DNA of 64,000 nucleotides from an uncultured Thermoleophilia bacterium (lineage in GTDB: Bacteria; Actinomycetota; Thermoleophilia; UBA2241): positions 224,001 through 288,000 of the forward strand of contig CAVQSP010000014.1 of assembly GCA_963715985.1 (NCBI GenBank), given 5' to 3'. How positions within the stretch are numbered: position 1 is the first letter of the stretch; each line of letters starts with the position of its first letter. The notes below the pieces were generated by a model. It worked only from the letters and a program-made list of their open reading frames with translations, had not been told where the DNA came from and did not search any database. The translations under genes and the position numbers were made by a program. Shown in pieces: positions 54,401 to 64,000 of the stretch.

Positions 54401-55981
54401 ATGAGCGAACACACGCGCAAGCTGGCCCTGGCGGCGGTCGTCGTGGCTTCCGCCACCGCGGTCTCGCGGCTCACCGGGCTCGGGCGCGAGGTCATCACGG
54501 CTGCGGTCTACGGCGTCGACCCCCAGTACAACACGTTCGTGTCGGTGTCGGTGATCCCCCAGCTCGTGCAGCAGCTCTTCGCCGACGCGGCCATCAGCGC
54601 CGCTTTCGTGCCCGTGTTCACGTCGCTGCTCGCCAAAGGCGAGAGGGAGCGCGCCTTTCGCCTGGCCGCCAACCTGCTGGGTCTGATCGTCGTCGTCGTG
54701 GGCGCCGCGGTCGTGCTCCTCGCCCTGCTCGCAGGCCCGCTGACCGCATGGATGTATCCGGAGCTCACCGCCACCACCGCGGGCGCCGACCTGGCGGCGC
54801 AGCTCCTTCGCATCCTGGTGCCGACCATCCTCTTCCTCTCGCTGGCCGGCGCGATCAGCGGCGTGCTGTACTCGCTGGAGCGGTTCACCATGCCGGCCGT
54901 GGTGTCCATCGTCTGGAACCTGACGATCATCGTCGCGATCCTGCTCTTCCAGGACACGCTCGGCGTCGACGCCATCGCCTGGGGCATGCTCGTGGGCACG
55001 GTGCTGGAAGTGGTCCTGCTGGCCGGCGCCATGCGTCAGGCGGATCGCTGGCTGTGGCCGCGCTTCGGACTCCGCGACCCGCTCCTCGGCCGGGTGCTGC
55101 TGCTGATGGTGCCGATCACGATCACGCTCGGCATCCTGAACTTCAACGCCCTCATCGGCACCTGGTTCGCGCAGTTCGTCAGCGACAGCGCGGCGGCCGA
55201 GATCGGCTACGCCTTTCGCCTCTACCAGCTGCCGCAGGGCATCTTCGCGGTGACGATCGGGACGGTGCTGTTCCCCTCGCTGTCGCGGTTCGCGGCGGAG
55301 CACGACGAGGGGCGCTTCCGCGACACGGTGTCGATGGGCGTGCGGCAGATGGTGTTCGTCTCGCTACCGTTCGTGGCCTGGTTCGTGGTGATGCCCGAGG
55401 CCTTCGTGCGGCTGATCTACGAGCGCGGCCAGTTCGACGCGCAGGCCACGAGGGAAGTGGCCGGCGCGCTCGCCTTCTTCGCCGTGGGCCTCGCCTTCGC
55501 CAACGCCAACATCATGTTCAATCGTGCCTTCCAGAGCATGCAGCGGCCGCTCCTGCCCATGTACGTGAGCTTCGGCAACCTCGCCGTCAACGTCCTGCTG
55601 TGCTGGCTGCTGTACAAGCCCCTGGGCGTCGCCGGTATCACGCTCAGCATGGCGACGGTCTCCGCCGTCAACTTCTTCGCGCTCTTCGTGCTGCTGAGGC
55701 GGCGCGTGGGGCGCATCGACGGCCGCAAGATGGCCGGCGCGGCGGGTGGAGCACTGCTCTGCGCCGGCGCCCTGGCCGCCGTCTCGTACGGCGCGTGGTG
55801 GGCGCTCCGGGACTACGCCGCGGCCGGGTTCTGGCCGCTGCTCGCGAGCGTCGTCGCGGCAGTCCTCGCCGGCGGCGCGGTCTACCTTGCGCTCGCCCGC
55901 CTGTTGAAGCTCGAAGAGCTCTCCGTGGTGCGGCAGCTGCTGCGCCGCCGCCGGCGGACGAGAGGGTCCTCCGCCGGCTGA
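54401..55981 (+). CDS. murJ: Lipid II flippase MurJ (MviN)
   Basis: [38 protein letters not shown]. Confidence 0.92.
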   Translation: MSEHTRKLALAAVVVASATAVSRLTGLGREVITAAVYGVDPQYNTFVSVSVIPQLVQQLFADAAISAAFVPVFTSLLAKGERERAFRLAANLLGLIVVVVGAAVVLLALLAGPLTAWMYPELTATTAGADLAAQLLRILVPTILFLSLAGAISGVLYSLERFTMPAVVSIVWNLTIIVAILLFQDTLGVDAIAWGMLVGTVLEVVLLAGAMRQADRWLWPRFGLRDPLLGRVLLLMVPITITLGILNFNALIGTWFAQFVSDSAAAEIGYAFRLYQLPQGIFAVTIGTVLFPSLSRFAAEHDEGRFRDTVSMGVRQMVFVSLPFVAWFVVMPEAFVRLIYERGQFDAQATREVAGALAFFAVGLAFANANIMFNRAFQSMQRPLLPMYVSFGNLAVNVLLCWLLYKPLGVAGITLSMATVSAVNFFALFVLLRRRVGRIDGRKMAGAAGGALLCAGALAAVSYGAWWALRDYAAAGFWPLLASVVAAVLAGGAVYLALARLLKLEELSVVRQLLRRRRRTRGSSAG

Positions 55982-56025
55982 CCCTCGGGCGACCGCCCCG
56001 CCCGCAGCCTGTATCATTGGCGGTC

Positions 56026-57844
56026 GTGACTTCTCTCGACCACATCCGCAACTTCAGCATCATCGCGCACATCGACCACGGCAAGTCGACGCTGGCCGAC
56101 CGCATCCTCGAGTCCACGGGCACGGTGGCGCACCGCGACATGAAGGAGCAGCTCCTCGACAAGATGGAGCTGGAGCGCGAGCGCGGCATCACGATCAAGA
56201 GCCAGGCCGTGCGCATCACATACCAGGCCCGCGACGGTCAGGCCTATCAGCTGAACCTCATCGATACCCCCGGCCATGTGGACTTCACCTACGAGGTCTC
56301 GCGCAGCCTCGCCGCCTGTGAGGGGGCCGTGCTCTTGGTCGACTCCACGCAGGGCGTGGAGGCACAGACCGTTGCCAACGCCTACCTCGCCATCGACAAC
56401 AATCTCGAGATCATCCCCGTGCTCAACAAGATCGACCTGCCGGCCAGCAACGTGCCGGAGGCCGAGCTGGAGCTGCACGAGCTCACCGGCGCCACGCACG
56501 ACGAGATCCTCACCGTTTCGGCCAAGACCGGCGCCGGCGTGGACGAGGTGCTGGAGGCGGTGGTCGCGCGCACGCCGCCGCCGGAGGGCGACACCGACGC
56601 CGCCCCGCGCGCCCTCATCTTCGACAGCGAGTACGACCAGTACCGCGGCGTGATCGCCTACGTGCGGGTCATGGACGGGGGGTTTGCCAAGCGGCAGCTC
56701 GTGACGCTCATGAGTACCGGGCAGGACGCGGAGATCGAGGAGCTCGGCTACTTCGGCCCCGAGATGAAGCCGACCGACCGGCTCGAGACCGGGGAGGTCG
56801 GCTACATCATCACCGGCGTCAAGGACGTCTCGCAGGTGCGCGTGGGGGACACGATCACGGACCGCAAGCGGCCGGCCGGCGAAGCCCTGCCGGGCTACAA
56901 GGTCGTGCAGCCGATGGTGTTCACCGGCCTCTTCCCGACGGAGGGGGACAAGTTCGAGGAGCTCCGCGACGCGCTCGAGAAGCTCAAGCTCAACGACGCG
57001 GCGCTCACGTACGAACCCGAGAGCTCGGTCGCCCTCGGCTTCGGCTTCCGCTGCGGCTTCCTGGGGCTCCTGCACATGGACATCGTGCGCGAGCGCCTCG
57101 AGCGCGAGTACGGCCTCGAGCTCATCACCACCATGCCCAACGTGGAGTACCACGCCTACCTGACCAACGGGAAGACGACGATCGTGCGCAACCCCGCGCA
57201 GATGCCGGAGGCGACGTTCGTCGACCACGTCGAGGAGCCGTTCGTGGCGGCCAGCATCCTCGTGCCCACGGAGTTCGTCGGCACGATCATGGAGCTGTGC
57301 CAGGGCCGCCGCGCCGACTTCGTCGACATGAAGTACCTCTCGCCGGAGCGTGTGGAGATGCACTACAAGCTGCCGCTCGGCGAGATCGTCCTGGACTTCT
57401 TCGACCAGCTCAAGACGCGCACGCGTGGCTACGCGTCACTGGACTACGAGTACTCCGGCTACCGGCAGAGCGACCTGGTCAAGCTCGACATCCTGCTCGC
57501 CGGCGAGCCCGTCGACGCGCTGTCGCTCATCACGCCGCGCGAACGCGCCCACTCTGCGCGGCAAGGCGCTCGTCACCAAGCTGCGCCAGAAGATCCCTCG
57601 CCAGCTGTTCGAGGTGCCGGTGCAGGCGGCGATCGGCAACAAGGTCGTGGCCCGCGAGACGGTCAAGGCGGTGCGCAAGGACGTCACCGCCAAGTGCTAC
57701 GGCGGGGACATCAGCCGCAAGCGCAAGCTGCTCGAGAAGCAGAAGGAAGGCAAGAAGCGGATGAAGCAGCTCGGCGTGGTCGAGGTGCCGCAGGAGGCCT
57801 TCCTGGCCGTGCTCGAACTGGAGCCCGGCGACAAGGACCGCTGA
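56026..57844 (+). CDS. lepA: Translation factor LepA (EF4), apparent +1 frameshift at about 57553
   Basis: [43 protein letters not shown]; C-terminus [23 protein letters not shown] in the next frame. Confidence 0.95.
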
Positions 57845-58477
57845 TGGGCGGCGCCCCCGCAGCTCAGGGGCCGGGCGGCGGGGCGCGTCATCATGCGGCG
57901 TCGCCAGCCGCCGCGGCGACGCGCTTCGCGGCTCCGGAGCTCCGCTTTCACGCGTCGTTCCTCGCGGCGCTGCGGGAGTATCACGCCGAGGGCCGGCATC
58001 ACGAGCTGGACGAAGACCTGCTCGCGGACCCGCCCGAGTTCGCCCGCTACGTCGCCGCGGTCAACGCCGGGGTCGAGCGTCCGGGGGAGCCGGACTTCTA
58101 CCTGGCCGCCCTGCGCGGCGAGCAAGCGGCCGCGTGGCCGGACGGGTACGCGCCCCAGACCGTGCTGTGGTGGGTCGCCGGCGACGAGTACCTCGGCCGG
58201 CTCTCGATCCGCCACTGCCTGACGCCGCATCTGCTGCGCGAGGGCGGCACCATCGGCTTCGAGGTCCGGCCGAGCGCGCGGCGGCGAGGCCACGCCACGG
58301 CCATGCTGGCCGCGGCGCTGCCGCTCGCCGCCGCGCTCGGCGTCGATCCCGCCCGCGTGGACTGCGACGCCGCCAACACGGCGTCCCGCCGGGTGATCGA
58401 GATCGAACGGCGGTGTCCTCGACGAGGAGCGGGACGGCTCGCTCTTCTTCTGGGTGCCGACGTCACCGGGCAGATGA
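57844..58477 (+). CDS. GNAT-family N-acetyltransferase, apparent +1 frameshift at about 58405
   Basis: [37 protein letters not shown]-x-NGG. The corrected frame ends in an ATGA overlap with hemW. Confidence 0.8.
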
Positions 58478-59841
58478 CCGGACGCGCGGACGAGGCGGGG
58501 CGCGCCTTCGGCGGCCCGGTACGCCATGTGTACGTGCACGTGCCGTTTTGCCGCGCGAAGTGCGACTACTGCGACTTCGCCTCGGTGGCGGCGTGTGAAC
58601 CGGGCGCCGGGGCGAGCGGTGGCGCGGGCGGCATCGACGAGGCGAACGCCGTCTTCGACGCCTTCGTCGACGGTGTGGCCGCCGAGTGGGAGCGGGAACG
58701 GGCGGCGCACGACGTGCGCCGCCTCCGCACGCTGTACCTCGGCGGCGGCACGCCCAGCCTGCTGGGACCGGAACGGCTCGAGCGGCTTCTCGAGCTCTTC
58801 CGGCCGCATCTCACGCCCCACGCTGAGGTGACCGTGGAGGCCAACCCGGAGGACGTCGACGAGGCGTTCGCGGCGTGGGCGGCGGCCGCGCCGGTCGCCG
58901 GCGGAGCCGGCGCGGGGCGCGGCCTTCGCATCTCGCTCGGCGTGCAGAGCTTCGCGCCGCAGCTGCGTGCGGCGCTCGGGCGGCGGACGCAGGCAGATCC
59001 GGCCGCGGCCTTCTCGCGCCTGCGGCGCGCCGGCCTGCGCGTGCTCTCCCTCGACCTGATCCACGGCATCCCCGGCCAGACGGAGGACGACCTCGAGGCC
59101 GACATCGCCGCCGTGGTCGGCCTGGGCCCGGGACACGTGTCCTGGTACGAGCTCACGCTGGCGGCCGGCACGCCGCTGGCGGCGCGGCTGGCGGCCGGCA
59201 CGCCGCCGGCGCAGCGGCCGGCGGACGGTCCCGGCGGCGCTCGGGCGTGCGACGCCGGCGCTGCTCGCGAGCCGGACGCACCCGGCGCGGGCGCCGCCGA
59301 CCCGGCCGGCGCGGGCGCTGCTCGCGAGCCGGACGCACCCGCCGCGGGCGCCGCCGACCCGGCCGACGCGGCCGCCGCTCGCTACCGCCGCATCGTCCGC
59401 GCCCTCACGCGCGCCGGCTACGACTGGTACGAGGTCAGCAACTTCGCTCTGCCGGGCCGCAAGGCGCGCCACAACCTGGCGTACTGGCGCGCCCGGCCGT
59501 ACCTGGGCCTGGGGCCCGGCTCCGTGAGCACCGTCGGGGCGCGGCGCTGGACGGACCTGCCGGGCCCCGCGCCGTGGGGCACGGCGCTAGCCGCCGGCAC
59601 GCCGCCGCCACGCGACTTCGAGGACCTCGTCGACGGCGTCCGCGCCCGCGAGCGCCTGCTGCTCGCGGCCCGTTGCGGCGACCCCGTGCCGCTCGCCGAG
59701 GTCGACGGCGTCGTCGACCGGCGGGTGGCCGCGCAGCTCGCCGCGGCCGGATTGGTTTCCCTGCACAGTGGTACAATCCGGGTGACGCGAAAGGGGCGGT
59801 ACGTAGCCGGCGAGGTATGCGTACGTCTGTTTCGCGCTTAG
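58474..59841 (+). CDS. hemW: Radical SAM heme chaperone HemW (HemN-like)
   Basis: [45 protein letters not shown]. Confidence 0.88.
   Translation: MTGRADEAGRAFGGPVRHVYVHVPFCRAKCDYCDFASVAACEPGAGASGGAGGIDEANAVFDAFVDGVAAEWERERAAHDVRRLRTLYLGGGTPSLLGPERLERLLELFRPHLTPHAEVTVEANPEDVDEAFAAWAAAAPVAGGAGAGRGLRISLGVQSFAPQLRAALGRRTQADPAAAFSRLRRAGLRVLSLDLIHGIPGQTEDDLEADIAAVVGLGPGHVSWYELTLAAGTPLAARLAAGTPPAQRPADGPGGARACDAGAAREPDAPGAGAADPAGAGAAREPDAPAAGAADPADAAAARYRRIVRALTRAGYDWYEVSNFALPGRKARHNLAYWRARPYLGLGPGSVSTVGARRWTDLPGPAPWGTALAAGTPPPRDFEDLVDGVRARERLLLAARCGDPVPLAEVDGVVDRRVAAQLAAAGLVSLHSGTIRVTRKGRYVAGEVCVRLFRA
59257..59370 (+). repeat. In-frame 57-bp tandem duplication inside hemW
   Basis: [19 protein letters not shown] / [19 protein letters not shown]. 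Confidence 0.85.
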
Positions 59842-59846
59842 CACTT
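59769..59846 (+). promoter_or_regulatory. Internal extended -10 (TGGTACAAT) and CIRCE left half-site (TTAGCACTT) upstream of hrcA
   Basis: TG-n-TACAAT at 59769-59777; TTAGCACT at 59838; right arm degenerate. Confidence 0.45.
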
Positions 59847-59855
59847 AAGGGAGAC

Positions 59856-60878
59856 GTGTTGCCGCTCACATCACGACAGGAACAGGTACTGCGGGCCGTC
59901 ATCGAGGAGTACATCACCTCGGGCGCGCCGGTGGGCTCCAAGTATCTCAGCCAGCGCTTCACCTTCGGTGTGGCCGCCTCCACCATCCGCAACGACCTCG
60001 CCGATCTCGAGGACATGGGCATGCTCGCCCACCCCCACACGTCGGCGGGGCGCGTGCCCACCGACGTGGGCTACCGCCACTACGTGGACGTCATCGCCGG
60101 CGAGCGGCGCGAGGCGCCGCCGGCCTTCGCAGTCGAGCGAGACAGGGCGCGCAGCGAGATCGACGACGCCCTGCGAGAGACGGCCGAGGCGCTGTCGCGT
60201 GTCACCGAGCTCCTGGCGGTGGTCTCGGCGCCGGCGATGAGCACGTCGAGCATCCGCCACGTGGAGGTCCTCTCGCTGCAGCCTCACCTCGTGATGGTCG
60301 TGGTCATCACCACGTCAGGGCAGGTGACCAAGCGCGTCTTCAATCTGTCGGACGCTGTGGACGAGGGCCTCGCCGAGTTCGCCCGCGTGTACCTCAACGA
60401 GCGCCTCGTGGGCGCGCAGCTCGGCACGCGCCGCGCCGCCGCCGCCTTCGAGAGCCTCGAGCTGCGCCCGAAGGAGCGTGCCTTCCTCGACACCGTGCGC
60501 CCGGCCTTCGAGGCGCCGGGCCCGGGCGATGTGGAGGGCCTGCACTTCGGCGGCACGTCGCGGCTCTTCGACAACCTCAGCCGCGAGGGCGCCGGGCACC
60601 TGCACGAGGTGCTCGAGATGCTCGAGCAGCGGTACAACCTTCTCGAACTGCTCGCGGACGCCCTCCGCGAGGACGGCGTGTTCCTGCGCATCGGCCACGA
60701 GATGACGAGCCCGTCCCTGCAGGAGTGCTCCCTCGTCGCCGCCAACTACGGGGTGGCCAACCGCAACCTCGGCACGGTGAGCGTGCTCGGGCCCACCCGC
60801 ATGGACTACCAGGGCGTCATCGCCACGGTGCGCGCCACAGCCGACAGCCTCAGTACCTACCTGGAAGAGATCTGGTGA
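59856..60878 (+). CDS. hrcA: Heat-inducible transcription repressor HrcA
   Basis: LTSRQEQVLRAVIEEYI, PVGSK, STIRND, PHTSAGRVPT, LGPTRMDY. Confidence 0.95.
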   Translation: MLPLTSRQEQVLRAVIEEYITSGAPVGSKYLSQRFTFGVAASTIRNDLADLEDMGMLAHPHTSAGRVPTDVGYRHYVDVIAGERREAPPAFAVERDRARSEIDDALRETAEALSRVTELLAVVSAPAMSTSSIRHVEVLSLQPHLVMVVVITTSGQVTKRVFNLSDAVDEGLAEFARVYLNERLVGAQLGTRRAAAAFESLELRPKERAFLDTVRPAFEAPGPGDVEGLHFGGTSRLFDNLSREGAGHLHEVLEMLEQRYNLLELLADALREDGVFLRIGHEMTSPSLQECSLVAANYGVANRNLGTVSVLGPTRMDYQGVIATVRATADSLSTYLEEIW

Positions 60879-60899
60879 CACGTTGACCTGTTTGCAGTC

Positions 60900-62048
60900 A
60901 TGAAGCGCGACTACTACGACGTGCTCGGCGTGCGCCGCGACGCCGACCAGGACGAGATCAAGAAGGCCTTCCGCCGGCTGGCCCGCGAGTGTCATCCGGA
61001 CGTGAACCCCGGCGACCCCGAGTGCGAGGCCCAGTTCAAGGAGGCCGCCGAGGCCTACGAGGTCCTCAACGACGCGGAAACGCGTGCGGCCTACGACCGC
61101 TACGGGTTCGACGGGCTCCGGGGCCGGCGCATGACCGACTTCGAGCACGTCGGCTTCAACGACCTGTTCAACATCTTCTTCGGCGGCGGCATGTTCGACT
61201 CGGTGCTGCGCGACGCCGGGGGCATGTGGGGCGGTGCCGCGGGCAGCGCGCCGCAGCCGCGCGGCGATGACGTGGAGTCCGTGCTCGATCTCACCTTTGC
61301 GGAGTCCGTGTTCGGGGTCTCCAAGGGTGTCGAGGTGCGCGCCGACGCGACCTGCGCCACCTGCGGGGGCAGCGGCGCCCGCCCGGGCACCGGGCGCGAC
61401 ACCTGCCCGCAGTGTCACGGCAGCGGCCGCATGCGCGAGGTGTCGAGCCTCGGCGGCTTCGGGCAGTTCATCCGCACGAGCACGTGCAGCCTCTGCCGCG
61501 GTCAGGGCTCCATCGTGCAGGACCCGTGCGAGGACTGCCGCGGCGCCGGGCGCCTGCGCGCCACGCGCACCGTCACCGTGGACGTGCCGGCCGGCATCGC
61601 CGATGGCCAGCGCCTTCGCCTCACAGGGGAGGGCGGCGCCGGCGCTCAGGGCGGCCGACCCGGCGACCTGTACGTGGCCATCGCCGTCGAGCCGCACGAC
61701 CACTTCGTGCGCGACGGCGACGACCTGGTCTACCGCCTCGACGTCACCATGGTCGACGCGGCGCTGGGTACCACGGCCTACGTACCTGCGCTCGACGGCG
61801 ACCTGGAGGTCGAGCTCAAGCCCGGCACCCAGCCCGGGGAGGTCAAGACGTTCCGTAGCCGCGGCGTGCCGGTGCTGCAGGGCCACGGCCGCGGCGACCT
61901 CAAGGTCCTCGTCAACGTCCAGGTGCCGCGCCACCTCACCGAGGAGCAGCGGGACCTGCTGGAGCAGTTCGCCGCGCTCACCGGCGACGCCAACTACGAG
62001 CCCGACCAGAGCTTCCTCGACAAGGTACGGGCCGTCTTCCGGCAGTGA
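60900..62048 (+). CDS. dnaJ: Chaperone DnaJ
   Basis: J-domain HPD, four CxxCxGxG repeats. Confidence 0.96.
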   Translation: MKRDYYDVLGVRRDADQDEIKKAFRRLARECHPDVNPGDPECEAQFKEAAEAYEVLNDAETRAAYDRYGFDGLRGRRMTDFEHVGFNDLFNIFFGGGMFDSVLRDAGGMWGGAAGSAPQPRGDDVESVLDLTFAESVFGVSKGVEVRADATCATCGGSGARPGTGRDTCPQCHGSGRMREVSSLGGFGQFIRTSTCSLCRGQGSIVQDPCEDCRGAGRLRATRTVTVDVPAGIADGQRLRLTGEGGAGAQGGRPGDLYVAIAVEPHDHFVRDGDDLVYRLDVTMVDAALGTTAYVPALDGDLEVELKPGTQPGEVKTFRSRGVPVLQGHGRGDLKVLVNVQVPRHLTEEQRDLLEQFAALTGDANYEPDQSFLDKVRAVFRQ

Positions 62049-62980
62049 CGTGCCCGGTCTACACGCGGTACACGCTGCGGCTCCCTGCGGCGGCGGTACC
62101 CGGTGGCGGCGGGGTCCGGGCAGCCGAGGTGCCCGACGACTGGTCGGGCGCCGCAGCGTACGCCACGCCGGACGAGCCGCCGGAGTACGCCCACCCCGAG
62201 GCGGTCGCCCTCGTCGCGTCTCTGCAGCCCGGCGGCTGGCTGGAGGAGGACGACGGCGACACCATCGTGTTCTGGCTGGAGGAGGGCGCCGAGGCGGCGG
62301 ATGCGGTCGCCGGCGGCCTCACCCGGCTCCGCGCGCTCGGGCGGCTCGAAGCCGCGCCCGAGCGCCCCGGCTGGGAGGTCGCCTGGCGGGCCTTCCACCG
62401 GCCGCAGGTCGTGGGCCAGCTGTACGTGCGTCCGCCCTGGTACCCCGCCCGCGACGACCTGCTCGACGTGGTCGTGGAGGCGGGCCAGGGGTTCGGCACC
62501 GGCGGGCATCCCACCACGCGCCAGTGCCTGGAGGAGCTCCAGGAGATCGCTCCGCGCTCGTTGCTGGACCTCGGGTGCGGCTCGGGCGTGGTCTCGCTGG
62601 CGGCGCTGCGGCTGGGCTTCACCCCTGTGTGGGGCGTGGACGCGGATCCCGCGGCGCTGCGGTCGGCGGATGAGAACGCCGTGCGCAACGGCCTCGCTCC
62701 CGCGTTCAGCGCCGGCGATGTCACCGCGGATGACTGTGCGCTGCCGGAGGCGGCCACAGTGGTCGCCAACATCGCCTTGAGACCCATCCTGCGGCTGGCG
62801 CGCCGCTTCGGCGCCGGCCCGGGCGCAGAGGCGCCGGCGCTGCATCCGGACCACCTGCTGCTCGCGGGGCTCCTGGTGGAGCAGGCGGACGAGGCTGTGG
62901 CCGCGTTCCCGGCCTACGAGGAGCTGCGGCGCCGCGACGACGGGGAGTGGGCGCTGGTCCACCTCGTGAGGCGCGCGTGA
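62045..62980 (+). CDS. prmA: Ribosomal protein L11 methyltransferase
   Basis: GFGTGGHPTT, LDLGCGSG, VANI. Confidence 0.88.
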   Translation: MTCPVYTRYTLRLPAAAVPGGGGVRAAEVPDDWSGAAAYATPDEPPEYAHPEAVALVASLQPGGWLEEDDGDTIVFWLEEGAEAADAVAGGLTRLRALGRLEAAPERPGWEVAWRAFHRPQVVGQLYVRPPWYPARDDLLDVVVEAGQGFGTGGHPTTRQCLEELQEIAPRSLLDLGCGSGVVSLAALRLGFTPVWGVDADPAALRSADENAVRNGLAPAFSAGDVTADDCALPEAATVVANIALRPILRLARRFGAGPGAEAPALHPDHLLLAGLLVEQADEAVAAFPAYEELRRRDDGEWALVHLVRRA

Positions 62981-64000
62981 CCACCGTCGGTTCGGCGTTC
63001 GTGGGCTGCAAGGTCAGCCAGGCCGACGGGGAGGAGGCGCTTGCGGGCCTCGCCGCCGCCGGCCTGTCCACGTCGGCGGCGCGACGGGACGCGGACGTCG
63101 TGGTCTTGCATACGTGCTGCGTGACGGCGGAGGCCGAACGCAAGTCCCGCCGCATGGCGCGGCGCCTCGCCGCGGACGGCCGGCGTGTGCTGGTCGCGGG
63201 CTGCGCCGCGGTGCTGCACCCGGAGCAGTTCCAGGGGGACGGCCTCGAGGTGGTGGGCAGGCCGGACTGGGCGGCGGTGGCGGCGGGACTGCACGAGCGG
63301 AGTGAGTCGTCCGGCGGTTCGCAGGCCGTGGATGCGGCAGGGGTCGCGGACGCCGCCGGGGCCGCCGACGCCGAGTCGCCCGCCGCGGACAGGGCGGCGA
63401 CCGGCGGGCGCACGCGCTTCATACTCAAGGTCCAGGACGGCTGCAGCGGGAGTTGCAGTTTCTGTGTGGTGCGGCTGGTGCGGGGGCGGCCGCGCAGCAC
63501 GCCCCTGGGCGACGTTCTCGCGGCCGCCCGCACGGCTCTCGAGGGGGAATGCGGCGAGGTCGTGCTCAGCGGCGTCGACCTCGGCGCCTGGCGGGACGGT
63601 GAGCTACGCCTGCCGGACCTCGTGGGCGCACTGGCAGACCTGCCGGGGCTGGCCCGGCTGCGGCTCTCGTCGCTCGAGCCGCGGCACCTCGACGACGCCC
63701 TGCTGGCGGCGCTCGCGCACCCGCGAGTCGCCAGACACCTGCACGTGCCGCTGCAGTCGGCGGACGACGGCGTGCTGCGCGCCATGCGCAGGCCCTACAC
63801 GTACCGCGCGTACCTGGACGCCGCCGCCCGCATGCAGGCCCGTCTCGGCGACTGTATGCTCAGTACCGACGTGATCGCGGGATTCCCGGCAGAGGACGAG
63901 GCGGCCTTCGAGCGCACGCTGGCGGCGCTGGAGAGCGGCCTCTTCGGCCGCGTGCACGTGTTCGCCTACTCGGCGCGGCCGGGGACGGCGGCGGCGGAGC
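62977..64000 (+). CDS. mtaB: tRNA methylthiotransferase MtaB (MiaB/RimO family), runs off the window
   Basis: GCKVSQ, HTCCVTAEAERKSR, KVQDGCSGSCSFC, RLRLSSLEP, HLHVPLQS, DVIAGFP, HVFAYSARPGT. Confidence 0.88.
   Translation, partial: MTTVGSAFVGCKVSQADGEEALAGLAAAGLSTSAARRDADVVVLHTCCVTAEAERKSRRMARRLAADGRRVLVAGCAAVLHPEQFQGDGLEVVGRPDWAAVAAGLHERSESSGGSQAVDAAGVADAAGAADAESPAADRAATGGRTRFILKVQDGCSGSCSFCVVRLVRGRPRSTPLGDVLAAARTALEGECGEVVLSGVDLGAWRDGELRLPDLVGALADLPGLARLRLSSLEPRHLDDALLAALAHPRVARHLHVPLQSADDGVLRAMRRPYTYRAYLDAAARMQARLGDCMLSTDVIAGFPAEDEAAFERTLAALESGLFGRVHVFAYSARPGTAAAE

Noticed and set aside
54748-59841. 1697-aa ORF suggesting a LepA-GNAT-HemW fusion
   Set aside because: Chance read-through caused by two +1 indels. 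The corrected frames give three genes with normal stop/start overlaps.

Overview
High-GC bacterial chromosome segment, most likely a deep-branching actinobacterium such as Thermoleophilia. This is inferred from a dcw cluster without ftsA, hrcA-dnaJ without grpE-dnaK, and a BldG/RsbV-like STAS protein. The housekeeping backbone is pcrA, pyrF, the mraZ-ftsZ dcw cluster, secDF, tRNA-Ala(GGC), leuS, comEA/comEC, holA, rpsT, murJ, lepA, hemW, hrcA, dnaJ, prmA and mtaB. Accessory modules worth attention: (1) a divergent ornithine-racemase-like and D-ornithine/D-lysine-decarboxylase-like gene pair; (2) an IscR-like Rrf2-controlled cysK-moeB/thiF-larE-cysE sulfur operon with its own operator and an internal two-copy 45-bp GNA-triloop hairpin repeat; (3) an archaeal-type DUF211 + VIT1/CCC1 pair coupled to pcrA; (4) two STAS anti-anti-sigma genes flanking a small double zinc-finger protein; (5) a yxlEFG-like ABC module plus a multicopper oxidase between comEC and holA. 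About ten frameshifts, almost all net +1 and including conserved housekeeping genes, most likely reflect long-read or consensus errors. No CRISPR array, integrase or transposase was recognised. All family assignments come from motif recognition by eye, not database searches.
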